Assembly: GCA_052144055.1 (NCBI GenBank)
Contig: JBKQRF010000108.1
Location: 1 to 58,200, forward strand
Source of the DNA: Candidatus Limnocylindrales bacterium
GTDB lineage: Bacteria > Chloroflexota > Limnocylindria > Limnocylindrales > CSP1-4
DNA: 58,200 nucleotides
Reading direction: 5' to 3'
Shown here: piece by piece, positions 19,276-27,217 of the stretch
How the letters are laid out: the number at the start of each line of letters is the position of its first letter
Numbering within the stretch: position 1 is the stretch's first letter
Notes under the pieces: generated by a model
What the model was told of the DNA's origin: nothing
Databases searched by the model: none
The model's input: only the letters and a program-made list of their open reading frames with translations
Translations under genes and position numbers: made by a program

Positions 19276-20105
19276 CAGGCGAGTCCGGGCCGTGCGTCGC
19301 CGGCCAGCGCTCGCGCCAGCTGCGCGGTGGCAGCGGCGGTCATGTCCTCTTGCCGCCGGCCGTCAAGCGTCACCCACGGCGTACCACCGTTCTCGCCGTG
19401 GCAGTCGTCGGACGCGAGTGCGACCGACCCGTCCGGCGTCGTTCCCCCGAGTGAAACCCCGAGGCCGTCCTCGAGCGCCGCGCGGACGGCGCCGGCGCCG
19501 AGTAGCGCGCAGGATGGGCAGCGGCAGATGCCGAGCCGGTGCATCGGGGGAGGCTCGAGACGCAGCTGTCCGTAGAAGGACGCCGTGCCGTAGACCTCGG
19601 CGTACCAGGCCCCGGTCGCGTTCGAGATGTGCTTGACGGCGGCCACGGGGATGTACCCGTAAATCTCCTGAGTCCCCTCAAGGATGCGCAGGAGGCGCCG
19701 AGGGTCGTGGTCTTCTTGCTCGAGGAGCGCGTCCAGCGCGGTCGTATCCGCGGGGTCGAACGACGCGAAGTTCGGGTCGGGAACCGGCCGGCCGGAGCGG
19801 CGCAGGGCCTGCTCCTCGCGGCGTTCGGCGTACTGCTCGGGCGGTCCCCAGTGCACGTGGAACCGGTCCTTTGTGTCAGTGCCGCCCATGTCGATGCACT
19901 CGATGGGGCAGGCCATCGCGCACTGGAAGCAGGTCTCGCACTTGAGCGTCCCAAGCTCGTCGTATAGCAGCTGCAGCCGGCCCCGGTGTCGCGGCGGGAT
20001 CTCCGGCGCCTGCTCTGGGTACTGGACGGTGACCTTCGGTTCGAAGAATCGGCGCAGGGTCAGGGCCATGCCCTTCACGATCCCGATGCCGGGGACGAAG
20101 CTCAT
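19275..20105 (-). CDS. Fusion of NuoI N-terminal half and NuoE-like domain
   Basis: ATG 20105 overlaps the nuoH stop. NuoI part: KGMALTLRRFFEPKVTVQYPE..RHRG..CETCFQCAMACP. NuoE part: LLRILEGTQEIYGYIP..EVYGTASFY..CRCPSC..TTPDG..C. Confidence 0.88.
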   Translation of the reverse strand: MSFVPGIGIVKGMALTLRRFFEPKVTVQYPEQAPEIPPRHRGRLQLLYDELGTLKCETCFQCAMACPIECIDMGGTDTKDRFHVHWGPPEQYAERREEQALRRSGRPVPDPNFASFDPADTTALDALLEQEDHDPRRLLRILEGTQEIYGYIPVAAVKHISNATGAWYAEVYGTASFYGQLRLEPPPMHRLGICRCPSCALLGAGAVRAALEDGLGVSLGGTTPDGSVALASDDCHGENGGTPWVTLDGRRQEDMTAAATAQLARALAGDARPGLA

Positions 20106-21457
20106 GGATGGACCACCAGGATGGCGAGCGCTGTGAGGAACAGGTTGACGAGCGCGGCTGGCAGGAGCCACTTCCACGCCAGCCCCATCAGCTGGTCGAT
20201 GCGGACGCGCGGCAGCGTGGCCCGCATCCACACGAAGGTGAATACGAAGACGTAGGCCTTGGCGAAGAACCAGACGATGCCCAGCAGCGCGTCGAGGTTG
20301 ATCAGCAGGTAGATCCCGAGCGCGCCGAGGGCAAGCAGCAAGAACAGCACGAGCCCGAGGATCCACGCGCGCCAGAACGGCCACTCCGATCGCAGCATCC
20401 AGACGGGGAGCGCGAACAGCACGGAACCCACCACGGGCACGAGGACGATAAGGGCAAGGAGCGCCAGCCCAAGCTCGCTGGACGTGAAGAGGATGTGCAC
20501 CGGCCACGGCCACGGAACCGGCGCGGTCCAGCCGCCGAAGAAGAGCACGACGGCGAGACCGGAGAGCAGGAAGACGTTGACGTATTCCGCAAAGAAGAAG
20601 AAGCCGAAACGCATGCCGCTGTACTCGGTGGCGAAGCCGGCCACGATTTCACTGTCGGCCTCGGTCAGATCGAACGGCGTGCGGTTCGCCTCGGCAGTGG
20701 CGGCGATGAAGAAGACCAGGAACGCGAGCGGCTGGCGCACGACGAACCAGTCGAGGAAGCTCCCCGATTGGGCCTGCACAATCCCGTTCAGGCTCATCGT
20801 GCCGGCCAGCATGATCACGCCTGCCACGGATAGTGTCAGCGGGATCTCATAACTGACCATCTGCGCGGCGCTCCGCAGGCCGCCCAGCAGCGAGTACTTA
20901 TTGAAGCTCGACCAGCCGGCCATCAGGAGCCCGACCACGCCGAGGCCGCCGACGCCGAAGAAGTAGAGCAGGCCCACGTTGAAGTCGACGCCGAAGAGGC
21001 CGGGGCCGAACGGCAGCACCATGAAGGCCATGACGCTCCCGACGAAGGTGACCACGGGGGCGAGCGTGAAGACGGTGACGTCGGCTCCGGTGGGCGTGAA
21101 GTCTTCCTTGGAGAGCACCTTGAGGCCGTGGACAACCGACGCGAGGGTGCCCCACGGGCCGACGCGGTTGGGACCGATCCGCAGGTTCATGAACGCGATC
21201 ACCTTCAGCTCCAAGAAGATGATCACGAAGGCGGTGGGGATGGTGAACAGCAGCACTGCGGTCGCCGCGACGACGAACCGGACGATCGCAACGTTTGCAA
21301 TCAGGACCCCGCCGATCCAGATGACGATCGCCGGGATGAGCCCGGTGCCGACGCCGGCCAGGAGTACCACGAGGAGCAGAACGAGCGCGCCGAGCAACGG
21401 CACGACGACTTTGCCCGAGGGGGAGAGCCGGCCGGCGGACCGGGCCACGACGCTCAC
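20102..21457 (-). CDS. nuoH: NADH-quinone oxidoreductase subunit H (extended, 451 aa)
   Basis: ELKVIAFMNLRIGPNRVG, LRSAAQMVSYE, EANRTPFDLTEADSE..TEYSG and RATLPRVRIDQL. The GTG start overlaps the nuoD stop. Confidence 0.93.
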   Translation of the reverse strand: MSVVARSAGRLSPSGKVVVPLLGALVLLLVVLLAGVGTGLIPAIVIWIGGVLIANVAIVRFVVAATAVLLFTIPTAFVIIFLELKVIAFMNLRIGPNRVGPWGTLASVVHGLKVLSKEDFTPTGADVTVFTLAPVVTFVGSVMAFMVLPFGPGLFGVDFNVGLLYFFGVGGLGVVGLLMAGWSSFNKYSLLGGLRSAAQMVSYEIPLTLSVAGVIMLAGTMSLNGIVQAQSGSFLDWFVVRQPLAFLVFFIAATAEANRTPFDLTEADSEIVAGFATEYSGMRFGFFFFAEYVNVFLLSGLAVVLFFGGWTAPVPWPWPVHILFTSSELGLALLALIVLVPVVGSVLFALPVWMLRSEWPFWRAWILGLVLFLLLALGALGIYLLINLDALLGIVWFFAKAYVFVFTFVWMRATLPRVRIDQLMGLAWKWLLPAALVNLFLTALAILVVHP

Positions 21458-22668
21458 TTGTCGATCCCGCCCATCACTGGGTCGAGGCTGGCCATGACCG
21501 CCATCGTGTCCGCCAGCAGATTGCCGGGCATCAGTGGCACCACGGCCTGCAGGTTGACGAACGACGGGTCGTGGATGCGGAAGCGGAACGGCTGGTCTGT
21601 CCCGTCGCTGATCGCGAAGCAGCCGTACTGGCCGCGCGGACTCTCCACAGCTGCCCACGCGCGGCCGGGTCGCGGGGTGATGCGACGCGGCAGCTGGGCC
21701 ATGACCGGGCCGTCCGGCATCTGGTGCATGACTTGGTCAATGATGTGGATGCTCTGCTTAATCTCGTCGATCCGCAGCATGTACCGCGCGTACGAGTCCC
21801 CCTCCTCACGCGTGGGGATCTCGAACTCCAGCTCTGGGTACACGGAGTACGGATGCGCGCGCCGGACGTCGTACGGGACGCCGCAGGCGCGGACGTTGGG
21901 CCCGCTCATTCCGAGCCCGAGCGCAGTCCGCCGGTCCACTCGGCCGAGTCCTCGCGTCCGCCGTACGAAGATCTCGTTCTGGTTCAGCAGCGCGGTGTCG
22001 GCCTCCACTTGGGCGAGTGCGTGACCCATCCAGTCCCCCAGGCGGCTGAAGAACTCGTGGTTCAGGTCTCCGTTGACGCCGCCGATCCGCATGTAATTGA
22101 ACAGCATCCGCTGGCCGGTCAGCGCTGCCAGCATCTCCACGATCTCATCGCGCTCGATGAAGCTGTACAGGATCGGCGTGATCCCGCCCAGGTCCAGCGC
22201 CATCCAGCCCATGAACAGGGCGTGGCTGGCGATCCGGTTGAGCTCGCAAGACAGGACGCGGATGTACTCGGCGCGTCGCGGGACCCGCAGGTCGAGGAGG
22301 TGCTCGAACGCCATCACGGGCGCTAGCTCGTTGAAGAGCGAGCTCACGTACTCCAGCGGGTCCGTGTAGCAGATCGCGTGGTGATAGTCGGCGTTCTCAC
22401 TGAGTTTCTCGATCCCGCGGTGGAGATAGCCCAGAACCGGGTCGAGGTCTACCACCCGCTCCCCCTCGATCTTGACGACCAGCCGGAGAACGCCGTGCGT
22501 CGAGGGGTGCTGCGGCCCCATGTTCACCAGCATCTCGCCGTCCCGGAGCGTGTAGAACTCCGCCTCGCGCTCCGTGCGCGGCGCGTACGGGGGGATCGCG
22601 TCATAGATGGTGGCGGGGGTCTCGACGAGGACCCGCGGATCGTCGAGTGACGGGATCCGGGTGACCAT
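21454..22668 (-). CDS. nuoD: NADH-quinone oxidoreductase subunit D
   Basis: NMGPQHPSTHGVLRL, GYLHRGIEK, ELNRIASH and VESPRG. No NiFe-binding CxxC motifs. Confidence 0.95.
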   Translation of the reverse strand: MVTRIPSLDDPRVLVETPATIYDAIPPYAPRTEREAEFYTLRDGEMLVNMGPQHPSTHGVLRLVVKIEGERVVDLDPVLGYLHRGIEKLSENADYHHAICYTDPLEYVSSLFNELAPVMAFEHLLDLRVPRRAEYIRVLSCELNRIASHALFMGWMALDLGGITPILYSFIERDEIVEMLAALTGQRMLFNYMRIGGVNGDLNHEFFSRLGDWMGHALAQVEADTALLNQNEIFVRRTRGLGRVDRRTALGLGMSGPNVRACGVPYDVRRAHPYSVYPELEFEIPTREEGDSYARYMLRIDEIKQSIHIIDQVMHQMPDGPVMAQLPRRITPRPGRAWAAVESPRGQYGCFAISDGTDQPFRFRIHDPSFVNLQAVVPLMPGNLLADTMAVMASLDPVMGGIDK

Positions 22669-22679
22669 CGGCTTCCCGG

Positions 22680-23180
22680 TCAGCGCGCCCGGCTGCGCCG
22701 GATAGGCGCGGCCGATGCGACGGGCGGATGGACCTGCTCCATGTGCCTGACGCCGAGCCCGGGCGATCGCGAGGAATCGTCAGCGATGTAGAAGTCCTTG
22801 CGAAGCGGGAAGCTCGTGTAGTCGGGGGGCATGAAGATGCGGCGCAGGTCCCGGTTGCCCTCGAAGACGATCCCGAACATGTCATAGGCCTCGCGCTCCA
22901 TCCACTCGGCGCCTTTCCAGAGGAACGTGGCGGACGCGAGGCGGGGATCGTCGCGGGCCAGGTCGGCGACGATCACCCGGAGCCAGTCCGGCGTGGTCTC
23001 GGACCAGAGGTGGTAGACGACCTGCATCGAATCGCCGGTGTCCACGCCGGCGAGGTCGGCGAGGACCTCAAACCGGAAGGCTGCGTCGTCGTGCAGCGTC
23101 CGAAGCACGTCGATGACGGACCCGGGGGCGATGCGGATCTCCGTCTGGTCGTGGCGCTGCCGGACGGGTCCCACGAGCAT
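22680..23180 (-). CDS. nuoC: NADH-quinone oxidoreductase subunit C
   Basis: WMEREAYDMFGIVFEG..LRRI..FPLRKDF. The start may instead be ACG at 23225 (see findings). Confidence 0.92.
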   Translation of the reverse strand: MLVGPVRQRHDQTEIRIAPGSVIDVLRTLHDDAAFRFEVLADLAGVDTGDSMQVVYHLWSETTPDWLRVIVADLARDDPRLASATFLWKGAEWMEREAYDMFGIVFEGNRDLRRIFMPPDYTSFPLRKDFYIADDSSRSPGLGVRHMEQVHPPVASAAPIRRSRAR

Positions 23181-23238
23181 CGGGCCGAGGCGTGTCTCTA
23201 GGCGCCGCCTAAGCGCGGTATCCGTGTTGCCCCTCCCG

Positions 23239-23973
23239 TCAGTGCCCGGCCGGAACGGTCGGACCGACCGCGCGCTCCGCCCAGTGGCCGCGCCGCTCCA
23301 TGATGAGCTGCTGCAGCTTCATCATCCCGTAGATGAGCCCCTCCGGACGGGGCGGACAGCCCGGCACGTAGACATCGACGGGCATGATGCGATCGATGCC
23401 CTGGACCACCGAGTAGGATCGCTTAAAGCGCCCGCCGGAACACGTGCAGTCGCCCATCGCCACGCACCACTTGGGCTCGGGCATCTGCTCCCACAGGCGC
23501 AGCAGCGGCCCCGCCATCTTGGTGGTGAGCGTCCCTGCCACGATCAGTACGTCGGCCTGTCTCGGGCTTGCCCGGAACGGGAACATGCTGAAGCGGTCGA
23601 CGTCGTTGCGACTCGTCGCGGTCGACATCATCTCGATCGCGCAACAGGAGAGTCCGGAAAGGAGCGGCCAGAGGCTGTTGGCTCGCAGCAGGTCGAGCAG
23701 GTAGTCGGCCTGGGCCGGAACCACCTGGAGCGCACCCCAACGGCCGTTGTCACCCGTCTCGGAACCTTCGGCTACTTGCTCCAAGTGCGTGATGGCGACC
23801 GGCCGTCCGCCCCCGTACGCCGCCGGATTTGAGGACGACCAAAAGTCGTTGGCGACCACGATGGGCTCACCGATTGCCTGATCGGGCGGAACGATCAGGC
23901 CCCGATCAGCATCACTCGCGGCGACCTCGGAAGTGGCGCCTTCGGGCGGCAGGCGGTCGGGACTCAGCGCCAT
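23239..23973 (-). CDS. nuoB: NADH-quinone oxidoreductase subunit B
   Basis: [28 protein letters not shown] and [13 protein letters not shown]. Confidence 0.95.
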   Translation of the reverse strand: MALSPDRLPPEGATSEVAASDADRGLIVPPDQAIGEPIVVANDFWSSSNPAAYGGGRPVAITHLEQVAEGSETGDNGRWGALQVVPAQADYLLDLLRANSLWPLLSGLSCCAIEMMSTATSRNDVDRFSMFPFRASPRQADVLIVAGTLTTKMAGPLLRLWEQMPEPKWCVAMGDCTCSGGRFKRSYSVVQGIDRIMPVDVYVPGCPPRPEGLIYGMMKLQQLIMERRGHWAERAVGPTVPAGH

Positions 23974-24320
23974 CGCAGCACTCCCTTGCGCCAGGCGTAG
24001 GCCAGACCCAGGGTTAGGATGGCGACGAAGATCGCCATGTCCACAAAGCCGCCGAGCAGGAGGTCACGGAACACGATCGCCCAGAGATAGATGAACACGA
24101 CCTCGATGTCGAAGGCGACAAAGAGCAGGGCGTAGATGTAGAACGAGAGGCCGAACCGACCCCACGTGTCGCCGAACGTGTCGATCCCCGACTCGTACGG
24201 CAGTCCCTTGTGGCGATCCCCTCGGTTCCGGTGACTGATGAGCCAGGCGAGCCCGATCGTCATGAACACGAACGAGACGCCCGCGAACAGGAAGCCGAGG
24301 ACATACCAGAGTCCGGTCAC
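23964..24320 (-). CDS. nuoA: NADH-quinone oxidoreductase subunit A
   Basis: [20 protein letters not shown] and [10 protein letters not shown]. Confidence 0.95.
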   Translation of the reverse strand: MTGLWYVLGFLFAGVSFVFMTIGLAWLISHRNRGDRHKGLPYESGIDTFGDTWGRFGLSFYIYALLFVAFDIEVVFIYLWAIVFRDLLLGGFVDMAIFVAILTLGLAYAWRKGVLRWR

Positions 24321-24382
24321 ATCTCCTCGTCATGAGCCGGCAGGCGCCCTAGCGAGCGTTCGGGGGCGCCTGCACGTCCGGC

Positions 24383-24388
24383 ATTCTA
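24383..24388 (-). promoter_or_regulatory. Probable -10 element (TAGAAT) of the nuo operon
   Basis: TAGAAT lies ~60 nt upstream of the nuoA start, which has a GAGGAG RBS. Confidence 0.45.
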
Positions 24389-24470
24389 TCGCAGTGCGCT
24401 GGAGCGCCCGGGGGGCCTCAGGACGCCCGAGGGGCCAAGAGGATGCCGGCGCTCGACCTGCCTGTTCGGT

Positions 24471-25754
24471 CTACCGGATGCCGTGAAGCAACAGAGTGAT
24501 CCCCGGACCCACGAGGGTGTGGCCGCCGAGCAGGATGGGCGTAGGCGACGCCGCGGACGTGGCGGTCAACTCGCGCAACCACGGGTCACCCACGCGATCC
24601 GCCAGCAGCAGGTCCGAAGCGAAGCGATCCTCGGCGCCCGGCCAGGAGCTCTCGTCGGCGCCCAGCCGATCGGCGAGGAGCACGCGCGTGTCCACCACCG
24701 CCGCATCGGCCAGATCGGCCACGATGCGGCCCAGAGCCGCCGGGCCCTCGCGGTCGAGCAGGCGACCGAGCGTGGCTCGGGGTGGCCGCGCCGTGCCAGC
24801 CGACGGCGACTTCGTGGCCGGGTGCGGCATGCCGCCGCTGGACCGGACTTCCCCGACGGCGAGGGGCGAGGACGCGCGCATCCCGCGCTCCTCGGCGAGG
24901 AACCGCACGCGACAGCGCACGTGACGCTCGAGCCAGGCGAGCGTCCCTGACGAGCTTCGCCCGAAGACGAGCAGCTCCCGGCGAGGGTCGGCGCCGACCG
25001 CGCGCACCTCATCGGCGCGTGGGATGTCGAGGCCAGCCACGGTCACCAGACGTCGCAGCGACGCTGGGCAGTCGGGCGCCAGTGCCAGCAGGGCGAGGTC
25101 GATCGGCGTGTCGAGGTCCAGCGCGAGCCGGTCCCGACCGGGCAGCTCACGAACGTCGAACCCGGCCAGCTCCTCGAGCCAGCGGGGGAGGGCGTTGTCG
25201 GACGGGAGCGGCGGGAGGTCGCGAAGGACCGCTGCGTCCGCCACCGAGCAGACGTCGGACGAATAGCGGTTGTTGGTGACCGCCCGGGCTCCGCCACCAC
25301 GTGCCAGCTCGACGAGGCGCCGGGCATCGGTGAAGCGGAGGCGCGGCACGGCGCCGTCGCCGAGCACAACGCAGGCCTCGATCTGCTCGTCGCGGACGAG
25401 ACCGGCGAGCGCGTCGCCGAAGGTGGCACCGGCAGTCGGCCGAAGGGGCGGAAGGTAGCGCGCGGGCGCGGCGCGGGGCCCGCCGCCGGCGCCCGTGGCT
25501 TGCACCGCATCAGCCCGGGAGTCTGGGACCCTCCCGTCCTTAGGCCCCGCGCCGGTGACAACGGAGGCCGTGTCCTCTCGGCCGAGCACGGCACCCCGCC
25601 CCGCGGCGAGCACCACGCGATCGACGCCGGCGCGCCGGAACAGCGCCACTTGGCGCTCGGCGAGCGCCTCCCGGCCGATACCGAGCAGCGCGGTCAGCGG
25701 CTGGGCGCCGGCTCGCCGCGCTGTGTGGAATAGGATGAGCGTGACTTTTGGCAC
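24471..25754 (-). CDS. Hypothetical protein with a CofC/nucleotide-diphospho-sugar-transferase-like N-domain
   Basis: GDGAVP, TNNRYSSD, DNALPRWL and LDLDTPIDL (DxDTPxDL as in CofC/MobA-type folds). Confidence 0.5.
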   Translation of the reverse strand: MPKVTLILFHTARRAGAQPLTALLGIGREALAERQVALFRRAGVDRVVLAAGRGAVLGREDTASVVTGAGPKDGRVPDSRADAVQATGAGGGPRAAPARYLPPLRPTAGATFGDALAGLVRDEQIEACVVLGDGAVPRLRFTDARRLVELARGGGARAVTNNRYSSDVCSVADAAVLRDLPPLPSDNALPRWLEELAGFDVRELPGRDRLALDLDTPIDLALLALAPDCPASLRRLVTVAGLDIPRADEVRAVGADPRRELLVFGRSSSGTLAWLERHVRCRVRFLAEERGMRASSPLAVGEVRSSGGMPHPATKSPSAGTARPPRATLGRLLDREGPAALGRIVADLADAAVVDTRVLLADRLGADESSWPGAEDRFASDLLLADRVGDPWLRELTATSAASPTPILLGGHTLVGPGITLLLHGIR

Positions 25755-25857
25755 GTCGGCGCAAGTCTACGGGCATGGCGCCGCCAGGTCCCGTCTCAAC
25801 GGCCCGGAGTCCCACCTTCGGACTCCGGCGTACGCTGCCCGGAGTAGCGGCGGGGGA

Positions 25858-26595
25858 ATGCACATGTTGGATCGTCGGCGGGCCGTCGTGGTGTCGGTCG
25901 TTGTCTCCGCGGCGGGCGTGGTCGCGGTGGCTGCCGCGAGGAGGTCGGCGTCGGTGCGCGAGCGCGTGCTCGGACGTCCAGAACCCAGCGGCCGGCTGCT
26001 CGCCGATGCCGGCGCTTACGATCTGTGGTCGCGGTTGTTCTTCGGGCCGATCTTCCGGAGGATCGCCGCCGATGTTGCGTCGGTCGCACCACCGCGCTCG
26101 GAGGTGCTCGAAGTCGGGTGTGGGCCGGGGCACTTGGCGATCCGGATGGCGCGCGACCATGGGCTGCGCGTGACGGCGTCGGACCTCGACTCGGCCATGG
26201 TGGTGCGCGCCCAGGCCAACATCGAGCGTGTGTTCGGGGCGGACGATTTGGGCCGGCCCGGATGTACCGAGGCGGACGTTGCCGCGCTGCCGTTCCCGTC
26301 CGAGTCCTTCGACGTGGTGGTGAGTACGTTTTCAATGCACCACTGGGCCGACGCCTCGGCCGGCCTTGCGGAGATCCACCGCGTACTTCGGCCCGGCGGT
26401 CGAGCGCTCGTGTGGGACTTCTCGAGGCTGGCCCGCCGGCTGGAGGGACGCACTTCCGATCCGGCCGTCGCGGTGGCGGCCTCTCCATTCCGAACCACGA
26501 CCATGCAGGCGTGGCAATGGCCCGGGACCCTTCGCGTGTGCGAGCGCGTCGAGCTGCGCCGTGCCGGCACGACGGCGCCGGGAACGAGTGCCTGA
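25858..26595 (+). CDS. Class I SAM-dependent methyltransferase with a hydrophobic N-terminus
   Basis: VLEVGCGPG, ADVAALPFPSESFDVVVS..HHW and EIHRVLRPGG. Confidence 0.88.
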   Translation: MHMLDRRRAVVVSVVVSAAGVVAVAAARRSASVRERVLGRPEPSGRLLADAGAYDLWSRLFFGPIFRRIAADVASVAPPRSEVLEVGCGPGHLAIRMARDHGLRVTASDLDSAMVVRAQANIERVFGADDLGRPGCTEADVAALPFPSESFDVVVSTFSMHHWADASAGLAEIHRVLRPGGRALVWDFSRLARRLEGRTSDPAVAVAASPFRTTTMQAWQWPGTLRVCERVELRRAGTTAPGTSA

Positions 26596-27217
26596 CGTCG
26601 GCGACCCCGGTCGGCGTGCCCGCGTACGGGCCTACGTTGGGCTTGGTGCCAACGTCGGCGACGCCGCGGCCAGCCTCGTCGCCGCTGTTCACGCGCTCGG
26701 GGCCCTGCCTGGTGCGTCGCTTGCCGGCGTCTCGCCTCTGTATGTCACGCGGCCCGTCGGCGTCGCGGCGCAGCGGGACTTCCACAACGCGGTTGTCGCC
26801 CTCGACGTGCCATCGGGACCCGACGTGGAGAGGGGCGCCGTGGCGCTGTTGGTCGCCCTGAAGAGCATCGAGCGCGCGTTCGGCCGGCAGGCCCGCGGGC
26901 GCTGGGGACCGCGCGAGCTTGACCTTGACCTACTGCTGTTTGGCGTCGCGCAGTTGAGCGTGCTGCGCCCCTCGCCGGGCGTCTCGACGGATCCAGGCCA
27001 CCGCGAGCGGCTGCTGGTCGTGCCGCATCCCGAGGCGGCCGACCGGCTCTTCGTGCTGGCGCCGCTGGCCGACCTGGCGCCAGATCTGGTGCCGCCCGGA
27101 TGGCCAGAATCCATCCGGGCGGCCCGCGACCGGCGGAGGGCTGCGGAAGGGCCGGACGCGGTTCTCTGGATCGGCCCGTGGGACGGCGAGGCTTGGAGGG
27201 GCGCTCCCTCGCGCTAG
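26588..27217 (+). CDS. folK: 2-amino-4-hydroxy-6-hydroxymethyldihydropteridine diphosphokinase
   Basis: AYVGLGANVG, SPLY.T, FHNAV, RWGPRELDLDLL and VPHP..RLFVLAPL. Confidence 0.92.
   Translation: MPDVGDPGRRARVRAYVGLGANVGDAAASLVAAVHALGALPGASLAGVSPLYVTRPVGVAAQRDFHNAVVALDVPSGPDVERGAVALLVALKSIERAFGRQARGRWGPRELDLDLLLFGVAQLSVLRPSPGVSTDPGHRERLLVVPHPEAADRLFVLAPLADLAPDLVPPGWPESIRAARDRRRAAEGPDAVLWIGPWDGEAWRGAPSR

Noticed and set aside
15336-24320. Membrane-bound hydrogenase or formate hydrogenlyase interpretation
   Set aside because: NuoD lacks NiFe CxxC motifs, and the 862-aa protein has no H-cluster or molybdopterin domain.
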